Below are positions 57,064 to 64,000 of a DNA stretch of 64,000 nt, one piece after another. The stretch's first letter is position 1, and each line of letters opens with the position of its first letter. The notes under the pieces are model-generated. The model was given only the letters and a program-made list of their open reading frames with translations. It was not told the origin of the DNA and searched no databases. The position numbers were made by a program, and so were the translations under genes. Source of the DNA: Patescibacteria group bacterium (GTDB lineage Bacteria; Patescibacteriota; Patescibacteriia; UBA1558; GWA2-36-10); NCBI GenBank assembly GCA_041665505.1, contig JBAYIR010000002.1:11602-75601 (forward strand). Direction: 5' to 3'.

Positions 57064-57091
57064 TCTCGCCGAAGCCTCTGGCGAAGGCGGA
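57064..57091. repeat. GC-rich REP-like hairpin abutting the tRNA 3' end
   Basis: TCTCGCCGAAGCCTCTGGCGAAGGCGGA. Confidence 0.55.
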
Positions 57092-57181
57092 TGGCGGAAG
57101 GTGAGGGATTCGAACCCTCGGAGGTTTTGACACCTCACACGCTTTCCAAGCGTGCGCACTAGACCACTATGCGAACCTTCC
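57092..57181 (-). tRNA. tRNA-Ser(GGA)
   Basis: GGAAGGT acceptor stem, anticodon arm CACGC-TTGGAAA-GCGTG, long variable arm, GTTCGAATC T-loop and encoded CCA. Confidence 0.97.
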
Positions 57182-57261
57182 ATTTAAAAAAAATGCTACT
57201 AAACTAAGTGTATTAACTACTCTGTCTGCCTGTGGTAGCTAGAGTAAGAAGGGGCCACCCC

Positions 57262-57296
57262 CGCAGAGCAGGATGCCGCCTGTGGCGGCATCTGCG
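57262..57296. repeat. REP-like palindrome upstream of the tRNA
   Basis: GATGCCGCC-TGT-GGCGGCATC perfect stem inside CGCAGA...TCTGCG. A degenerate copy CTGCCTGTGGTAG lies at ~57226. Confidence 0.6.
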
Positions 57297-57441
57297 AAGC
57301 TTTCAAATACGAACTCTATTATAAATTTTATTGCCCCATTAGTCAATATACAAAATACTTGATCTAAATATTAAACCCCTGTTTGACTAAACAAAGTGAC
57401 ACAAGGTAAAATAGACTATATTAATTATATAATATATAAAT

Positions 57442-58395
57442 ATGTTTGAAATATTTGTAGTAATTATCCCTTTATTTTTAATAATTTTTGCTAGCGCTAT
57501 TTTTAGTTACTTCCACAAGCTAGATACCAGCTGGCAAAAAGTTCTCAATTCTTTTGCTCTAAATATTGGTCTACCGGCTTTGATATTTTCATCTTTAGCT
57601 AAAGTGTCGCTGCAAGGAAAATTTGATATTATTTTAGCTAATTCTCTATTTTTACTACTGAGTTTTACTCTAGTCTATGTTTTTGGAAAAATTCTAAAAA
57701 TCAAAACCAAGACTTTAAAAACATTATTTATCTGTTTAGCCTTTGGTAATATTGCTTATTTAGGTATCCCAGTTTTAACTCAAGTATATGGTCAAAAAAT
57801 ATTACCGGAATTAAGTCTGATTATTGGTGTCCACCTTTTTTGGCTCTTTACTATTGGCTTAGGATTTTTGGATTATGATATTTCCAAACCACAAAGTTGG
57901 ATTGGCAAATTATTTCACCAGAAAAGCAAAGAAGATATTATCAAACACATTGGTCTGGATTTAATAAAAAATCCAATAATCATTGCTATTTTATTGGGAC
58001 TACTAGTAGCTGCATCTCATATTTCTCTGCCCAAAATTATCACGACTCCGATAGAGATGCTATCTGCTTCTGTCAGCCCCATAGTTTTAATAGTGATAGG
58101 TCTGTTTATTGTTCAATCCAAGCTTGGACAGCTCAAAGAATGGCTACCAGTTTTGGCTTTCACTGCCATTACTTTATTTATATCACCGTCTATATTTTAT
58201 TATGGGCTCAAAATATTTACTTCTGATCTAACAAAATATACTCCTTCTATTATAGAAGTAGCTATGCCACTAGCTATTACTCCTTTTGCCTTGGCTGATA
58301 AATTTGACTTAGATAAAAAATTTATTGCGCGAGCTATAGTACTAAGTACTATACTTTCTATTATTACTATTCCGCTTTGGATTAGTATCTTATAA
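57442..58395 (+). CDS. AEC (auxin efflux carrier) family transporter
   Basis: LNIGLPALIF, FGNIAYLGIP, KNPIIIA, AMPLA and STILSIITIP. Confidence 0.88.
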   Translation: MFEIFVVIIPLFLIIFASAIFSYFHKLDTSWQKVLNSFALNIGLPALIFSSLAKVSLQGKFDIILANSLFLLLSFTLVYVFGKILKIKTKTLKTLFICLAFGNIAYLGIPVLTQVYGQKILPELSLIIGVHLFWLFTIGLGFLDYDISKPQSWIGKLFHQKSKEDIIKHIGLDLIKNPIIIAILLGLLVAASHISLPKIITTPIEMLSASVSPIVLIVIGLFIVQSKLGQLKEWLPVLAFTAITLFISPSIFYYGLKIFTSDLTKYTPSIIEVAMPLAITPFALADKFDLDKKFIARAIVLSTILSIITIPLWISIL

Positions 58396-58411
58396 ATACA
58401 CAAACAAAATA

Positions 58412-58436
58412 AAAGCCCCTACTAAGAGGCTTTTTG
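58412..58436. terminator. Bidirectional terminator
   Basis: AAAAGCCCCT-ACTA-AGAGGCTTTTT between convergent genes. Confidence 0.65.
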
Positions 58437-58456
58437 TTTTATTTATTTTTTTGATA

Positions 58457-61400
58457 TTAATTATTTATTAATAAATTTACAAAAGATCTGCTAGACTCTC
58501 CAAAATATCCCGTGCCTGAAATAAGATTTAAGGGGCTTAAAATATCTTTTTGATAATAATTTTGAAATTTTATAAGGGCTTGATAAGTCAGCTGCCCAAA
58601 AAATTCTGTTTCCTGACCAGGTGAGCCAAGACCTGCCTCGGCTAATTTGAAATTATTATCATTTAAAAACTTTTGTAATCTTTTCACATCTTGACCAATA
58701 TCTCTAAATCCTAAATTCTTTAAAAATTGAAAATTAGCCACCACTTTTATAACTTCGCCACTTGGATAATCATCTAAATTATCTACTTCTACAACATCTG
58801 ACCACTGATAATCAAAATGAAAAAAAGTATACTCATTAAAAATTGGTCTTTTATAACCCGACTCTATCAAATAAACGGCTGCTTTATTTTTTTCTTTAAC
58901 TAAATCTCCATCTGAAAAAATATTAGGCTCCGTTGGAATATCTGTATCAACATCTGGTTCGTCAGGAGTATTGTCTATTGGCTCATCAATATTGTCATCT
59001 AGCTCGTCAGGAGTATTATCTGTGTCGGGGGTATTATCAGGCGGCGGATAAAATGTCCCGCCACCACCTGGTGATACTTTGAACCAACCCGTATTGGTAT
59101 TAGTCAAAGTTACTTCACTATCATAGGCAAACTCTACTATACTGTCCAGATTTGTCTGATTGCTGTTTTCAACATTTAGATAATCTATAGTCCGACCAGA
59201 GCTAGCAATATTGATATTGAAACGGTTAGTGTCATCACTGGAATTTAAAGTTAATAGACCACCGCTTTTACCTCGCAAGGTAGTACTGCCAGTGATAGTA
59301 GTAGTAGAAGCCGGCCAAAATAAAAGTTCTTGAGTATTAGTAAAAGCACTACAGTCTTTAACAAAATTATAAAAAGTAGTGTCACCTCTCAGTGTTTGTT
59401 TATTGTTTGGTGAGGCCAGGTCCGCATTATCAAAAGTGATGATATTATTGCCATGAGTGAAACTACCATAATTTGTCCAATCACCAGCTAAAGTAATTGC
59501 TTCGCCATTAGCGTTTAAAGTAGCATTGGCATTAATGACTATATCATTATTAATATCAAAATTTATGGTAGAAGTAGCTGACACAGATACACTCTTAGTA
59601 TTGGTGCCATCACCAATAGTCAAATTATAAAAATTAAAATCAACTTCATCACTTTCCTCTATCACTATCTCTACATCATCATTGCCAATAAATTGTACTG
59701 TTCCACCAGTCACAGCAAAACTAGCCCCATCATCTATATACATAATACCATAACCACTATGTCCAGGTCCTTCAATAGTAATAGTCCCTCCTGATATGTC
59801 AGCTACTGAACCACTATTTTGATGCCACCTAGCAGCCACATCTGGTGTTATATTATCTGCACCTAAAATAATATTACCACTAGCCATAGTCAAAGTAGAA
59901 CCACTATTTAATAAAATCACTCCGGGCACAGTGATATCATTGCCATTAGTAATAAACTCCCCTGTATACATTTGTAAATCTCGCAAATGCAAATCTGAAT
60001 TAGCTATCACGGTACTTGCACTTGTGCCTAAATCTATATCTAACTCCGCCAAAGTTGTACTAGTACCTAAAAAATTATTAGCTCCAGTAATAGCCATAGT
60101 AAAATCTCCTGTACCATTTATAGTAAATACTGGATGCCCCGAACCTCCATAGACAAAAGTATTATCACCTGATATAGCCACGTCACCAGAAACAGTAGTA
60201 TAGCCATCTGACCAATTGCTAGCTCCAGCATCAGCGGTAATTGTATAGTCATTATCTACTTCAATAGATGAAGTACTTTCATCCATGACGATGTTACCAC
60301 CATTTTTGGTAAAATTATGCCTGACTTTCAAAAAACCAGCATTAAAATCCAAAGTGCCACTAGTTAAAATAAAATCATTATCTACTTCCATATCTGGAGT
60401 CAGTCCGGCGAAATTGACAGCCAAAGTCATAGTGCCACCATCTAAAACCACATCATAAAAATCATCATTGGTGGCATTAGTAGCACCAATAGTGTGAGTA
60501 CCACTACCATTAAAAGTAACTTGGTTATTGTCATGGACATAAGTACTATTGTTTGTCCAACTGCCAGCGACTAGAATATCTTCACCGTTACTATCGAAAG
60601 TGGCATTACTATTAATAGTCAAAGCACCATCTAAATCCAAAGCTAAAACAGTGCTGGTATTAATACTAACTGTCTTAACATTTGTACCATCACCCACACT
60701 AATATTATATAAATTAAAATCCGCATCATCTACCTCAGCTGAATACAATGCTGCACTATCGTCGCCAATAAAACTAAGTGTGCCCCCAGTTGGCGTATAA
60801 GCCGAACCATTTTGAAAATAAGCTGCTCCATAAGTGGCATTACCAGGTCCTTCTATAGAAATAGTGCCCCCCGTGATATTTTCTGTAAAACCTGATTCAA
60901 TATGATAAATAGCATTCCCTCCTGGGGCTGCATTGTCCCGCCCTAAAGTAATGGTAGAATTTGCCATTTGCAATTTACCGCCAGCTTGACCAATAAATAA
61001 ACCATCCATATCCGCAGTAATGCCATCACTGAGCGCTAGAGTGCCTTCATAAACTTGTACATTATAAAGCTGAACACTACTGGTAATAGTAATAACATCG
61101 CTAACTGAGTTCATAATTATATCCAGCTCTCCAATATTAGCCGCTCGGCCAATATAATTTCCGCTACCCGAGACTGTTATATTTTTTGTGCCTGTCCCAT
61201 TGATGGTCAAGACTGGATAGCTAGCACCACCCATTTGAAAAGTATTATCGCCACTAACTACAAAATTACCTGAAGTCACAGTAAAATACCCCACACTAAT
61301 AACAAAACTACCACCACTGATACTAGTATCACCTGTTACTTCAAAATAATCACCATTATTATTCATCTCAATAGTACCGCCGGCTTTAGTAAAACCGCCA

Positions 61401-61717
61401 GTGATAGTCAGACCATTGGTATTCATATCCAAAGTGCCTGTATAATCACTTTCCATATTAAAGCCAGCAATAGTTCTACCAGGATTAATATCCAAATCTA
61501 GAGAAGCATTTGACACTGCCCCATCAAAAACTACTATGTCTGTAGCGCCTGGCACACCACCGGCACAATTTGTCCAATTCAAAGCATCATTCCAAATAGC
61601 TGTATTATTACCATTGGACCAAGTACAAGTAGCCGCTTGTGTTTTATTAACAAAAACACCAAGTGCTCCTAAAAACATTGTTATTATTATGCCAGTAGTA
61701 ATTATATTTTTAAGCAT
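58457..61717 (-). CDS. Secreted beta-helix-like surface protein with Pro/Asp linker and C-terminal peptidoglycan-binding domain
   Basis: Signal peptide (TQA-AT) from ATG 61717, W..A.NW....VPG.TD.V.FD start motif, G/T/N-rich repeats, and GQDVKRLQKFLN...FGQLTYQALIKFQ. Confidence 0.75.
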   Translation of the reverse strand: MLKNIITTGIIITMFLGALGVFVNKTQAATCTWSNGNNTAIWNDALNWTNCAGGVPGATDIVVFDGAVSNASLDLDINPGRTIAGFNMESDYTGTLDMNTNGLTITGGFTKAGGTIEMNNNGDYFEVTGDTSISGGSFVISVGYFTVTSGNFVVSGDNTFQMGGASYPVLTINGTGTKNITVSGSGNYIGRAANIGELDIIMNSVSDVITITSSVQLYNVQVYEGTLALSDGITADMDGLFIGQAGGKLQMANSTITLGRDNAAPGGNAIYHIESGFTENITGGTISIEGPGNATYGAAYFQNGSAYTPTGGTLSFIGDDSAALYSAEVDDADFNLYNISVGDGTNVKTVSINTSTVLALDLDGALTINSNATFDSNGEDILVAGSWTNNSTYVHDNNQVTFNGSGTHTIGATNATNDDFYDVVLDGGTMTLAVNFAGLTPDMEVDNDFILTSGTLDFNAGFLKVRHNFTKNGGNIVMDESTSSIEVDNDYTITADAGASNWSDGYTTVSGDVAISGDNTFVYGGSGHPVFTINGTGDFTMAITGANNFLGTSTTLAELDIDLGTSASTVIANSDLHLRDLQMYTGEFITNGNDITVPGVILLNSGSTLTMASGNIILGADNITPDVAARWHQNSGSVADISGGTITIEGPGHSGYGIMYIDDGASFAVTGGTVQFIGNDDVEIVIEESDEVDFNFYNLTIGDGTNTKSVSVSATSTINFDINNDIVINANATLNANGEAITLAGDWTNYGSFTHGNNIITFDNADLASPNNKQTLRGDTTFYNFVKDCSAFTNTQELLFWPASTTTITGSTTLRGKSGGLLTLNSSDDTNRFNINIASSGRTIDYLNVENSNQTNLDSIVEFAYDSEVTLTNTNTGWFKVSPGGGGTFYPPPDNTPDTDNTPDELDDNIDEPIDNTPDEPDVDTDIPTEPNIFSDGDLVKEKNKAAVYLIESGYKRPIFNEYTFFHFDYQWSDVVEVDNLDDYPSGEVIKVVANFQFLKNLGFRDIGQDVKRLQKFLNDNNFKLAEAGLGSPGQETEFFGQLTYQALIKFQNYYQKDILSPLNLISGTGYFGESSRSFVNLLINN

Positions 61718-61800
61718 ATTATTTATATTTCCCAAACTTCCATCTAAGCCTCTAATTTTTATTATTATAACATAAATTATACAAATTAAACATAAACGAA

Positions 61801-61832
61801 AAAAACCCCTTGCCAACTGGCAGGGGGCTTTT
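61801..61832 (-). terminator. Terminator after ppsA
   Basis: AAAAAACCCCTTGCCA-AC-TGGCAGGGGGCTTTT. Confidence 0.7.
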
Positions 61833-61840
61833 TGCTTATC

Positions 61841-64000
61841 TTATTTTTTTCTTTTTTTCTTTTTGGACTCTGTTTGTTTAATAGCAATCATGGTTTTAAT
61901 CACTGAGTCAGGATTGAGCGATATACTATCAATACCCTCTCTGACCAAAAATTGAGCGAAGTCTGGAAAATCAGATGGTGCTTGACCACAAAAACCAATC
62001 TTGCGTTTATTTTTTTTGGCCACGGCTATCACTCGACTAACCAATTCTTTGACGGCATCATTTCTCTCATCATAGACATGAGATACTAACTCACTATCAC
62101 GATCAACTCCCAAAGTCAGCTGAGTCAAATCATTGGAGCCAATAGAAAAACCATCAAAAATTTCACAAAACTTATCGGCTAAAATAACATTAGACGGTAT
62201 CTCACACATCACATACACTTCCAAACCATCAACACCACGCTTTAAACCATTATCAGCCATAATCTTCAAAACTTTTTTACCTTCTTCTACCGTCCGACAA
62301 AATGGCACCATTATTTTTAAATTATTTAAACCCATTTCTTTACGGACTTTAACCAAGGCTTTACACTCTAGCACAAAAGCTGGTAAATATTTTGGACTAT
62401 AGTAGCGACTAGCCCCACGCCAGCCAATCATAGGATTTCTTTCCTCTGGCTCAAATTGTGCCCCACCAATTAAACTAGCATATTCATTTGATTTAAAATC
62501 AGACAACCTAATAATCACATCTTTTGGATAAAAAGCAGCCGCAATGCGAGCTACACCCTCAGCTAATTTATCTATAAAAAATTGTGACTTGCTCTGATAG
62601 GCGGCGGTAGCCTCTTCAATAATACTAATTACTTTTGGATCTTTAACTTTAGAAAAATTTAGCAGAGCCAAAGGATGAATACGAATATAATTGGAAATAA
62701 TAAATTCCTCACGCGCTAAACCAACACCTTCATTGGGAATGAATGATTGGCTCATGGCCATTTCTGGGTTGCCAATATTCATCATGATTTTAGTTTTTGA
62801 TTGTTTGAAATTCTTAAGATTAGTCTTCTTTACTTCATATTTAAGTAAGCCATTATAAACAAAACCTTTTTCTCCTTCAGCGCAAGAGACTGTGATGTTT
62901 TGACCATTTTTTAATTTTTCAGTGCCATTTTTGGTGCCGACCACGCAAGGGATACCTAACTCCCGTGAGATAATAGCGGCATGACAAGTGCGGCCACCAG
63001 AATTGGTGACAATCGCACTAGCAATTTTCATAATTGGTTCCCAATCTGGATCAGTCATTTCAGTTACCAGCACTTCGCCCGCTTTAAATTTATCTATATT
63101 TTTGGCATCTTTGATAATATGCACTTTGCCCTGACCAATTTTATTACCGACTGAAGCACCAATCACGGCAATTTTACCTCTTTCTTTTATAATATATTCA
63201 ATCAAAGTATTTGGATCATCTTGAGAGCGCACTGTTTCTGGACGAGCCTGAACAATAAACAGCTTATTGCTGCGACCATCTTTGGCCCACTCCATATCCA
63301 TTGGTTTTTTGTAATGATCCTCAATTTGAGCAGCCCAGGAGGCTAGCTGTAAAATTTCTTTATCTGACAGGGCAAATCTAGTTTGATCACTTTTCGCCAC
63401 TGGCATATTTTTGACATTGCTCTTGGCTTTGGCATCATAGACCAACTTCTTGCTTTTTAAGCCCACGGTTTTACTAATAATTGGTTTAAAACCTTTTTTC
63501 AAAGTTGGCTTAAAAACATAATATTCATCTGGGTTGACCATACCTTGCACTATATATTCACCCAAACCATAAATAGCATTGATGAGCACTGTACCTCTAA
63601 AACCAGATTCGGTATCAATGGAAAACATCACCCCCGAGGTAGCCAAATCACTACGCACCATTTTTTGGACAGTGATAGAAAGTTTGACTTTAAAATGGTC
63701 AAAACCTTTGTCCGTGCGATAAGAAATAGCCCTGTCTGTAAAAAGAGAGGCCATACATCTACGACAAGCATCCAACAGTTCTACTCCCCCTTCAATATTA
63801 AGATAAGTATCTTGCTGACCAGCAAAAGAAGCATCTGGTAAATCCTCAGCAGTAGCTGACGAGCGGACAGCCACGTCAACATTTTTTACTCTAAATTCTT
63901 GTGATAATTTTTTGTAATCAGCAATAATTTGGGCTTTCAAATCTTCTGGAAATTCTGCTTTTAATATTGCCTCTCGCACAGCCTTGGCTCGAGCTTGTAA
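61841..64000 (-). CDS. ppsA: Phosphoenolpyruvate synthase (5' end outside the window)
   Basis: VAVRSSATAEDLPDASFAGQQ, MTDPDWEP, GGRTCHAAI, EERNPMIGWRG, GFSIGSNDLTQL, GFCGQAPSD. Confidence 0.97.
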   Translation of the reverse strand, partial: LQARAKAVREAILKAEFPEDLKAQIIADYKKLSQEFRVKNVDVAVRSSATAEDLPDASFAGQQDTYLNIEGGVELLDACRRCMASLFTDRAISYRTDKGFDHFKVKLSITVQKMVRSDLATSGVMFSIDTESGFRGTVLINAIYGLGEYIVQGMVNPDEYYVFKPTLKKGFKPIISKTVGLKSKKLVYDAKAKSNVKNMPVAKSDQTRFALSDKEILQLASWAAQIEDHYKKPMDMEWAKDGRSNKLFIVQARPETVRSQDDPNTLIEYIIKERGKIAVIGASVGNKIGQGKVHIIKDAKNIDKFKAGEVLVTEMTDPDWEPIMKIASAIVTNSGGRTCHAAIISRELGIPCVVGTKNGTEKLKNGQNITVSCAEGEKGFVYNGLLKYEVKKTNLKNFKQSKTKIMMNIGNPEMAMSQSFIPNEGVGLAREEFIISNYIRIHPLALLNFSKVKDPKVISIIEEATAAYQSKSQFFIDKLAEGVARIAAAFYPKDVIIRLSDFKSNEYASLIGGAQFEPEERNPMIGWRGASRYYSPKYLPAFVLECKALVKVRKEMGLNNLKIMVPFCRTVEEGKKVLKIMADNGLKRGVDGLEVYVMCEIPSNVILADKFCEIFDGFSIGSNDLTQLTLGVDRDSELVSHVYDERNDAVKELVSRVIAVAKKNKRKIGFCGQAPSDFPDFAQFLVREGIDSISLNPDSVIKTMIAIKQTESKKKKRKK

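Noticed and set aside
52600-57181. Integrative element or prophage at tRNA-Ser
   Set aside because: No integrase, no phage genes, and no duplicated tRNA 3' end were found by eye.
1-64000. Alternative genetic code (TGA=Gly as in Gracilibacteria/SR1)
   Set aside because: Long conserved genes are intact in code 11, and TGA terminates the PrsW-like ORF just before the next gene.
1-64000. Apparent abundance of CTAG/AGCT tetramers
   Set aside because: This is an impression only and cannot be quantified without a k-mer count. It may simply reflect codon usage (CTA, GCT, AGT).

Overview
AT-rich bacterial chromosome segment in genetic code 11 (TGA is used as a stop, e.g. at 29639). Gene content and style point to a Patescibacteria/CPR (Parcubacteria/ABY1-like) genome, which is an inference. 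The signs are leaderless promoters, almost no Shine-Dalgarno sites, RpoD with a Lys-rich N-terminal extension, and CPR-style repeat modules. Housekeeping genes are typA, rpoD-dnaG, ogt, ahcY plus a PfkB kinase, a partial ppsA, tRNA-Ser(GGA), an ABC-F, a MacAB-like exporter and two HI0933-family flavoproteins. No integrase, transposase or CRISPR array was seen. The most notable observations are: (1) GC-rich palindromic REP-like elements, four of them in frame inside proteins (RpoD twice, PfkB kinase, a GT-C membrane protein); (2) a 4283-aa membrane-anchored surface protein built from lectin, beta-helix and phage-fibre-like repeat modules; (3) an orphan ~190-nt multi-hairpin RNA at ~9630-9826; (4) a divergent isocyanide-synthase (PvcA/DIT1)-like gene bracketed by a duplicated 32-bp terminator hairpin; (5) a NOX-like flavocytochrome next to a membrane-anchored di-cytochrome b5; (6) a PARIS-like ABC-ATPase plus TOPRIM pair; (7) a transglutaminase-like protein with a duplicated N-terminal module next to a 2H phosphoesterase. 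All family assignments come from reading motifs by eye, not from database searches.
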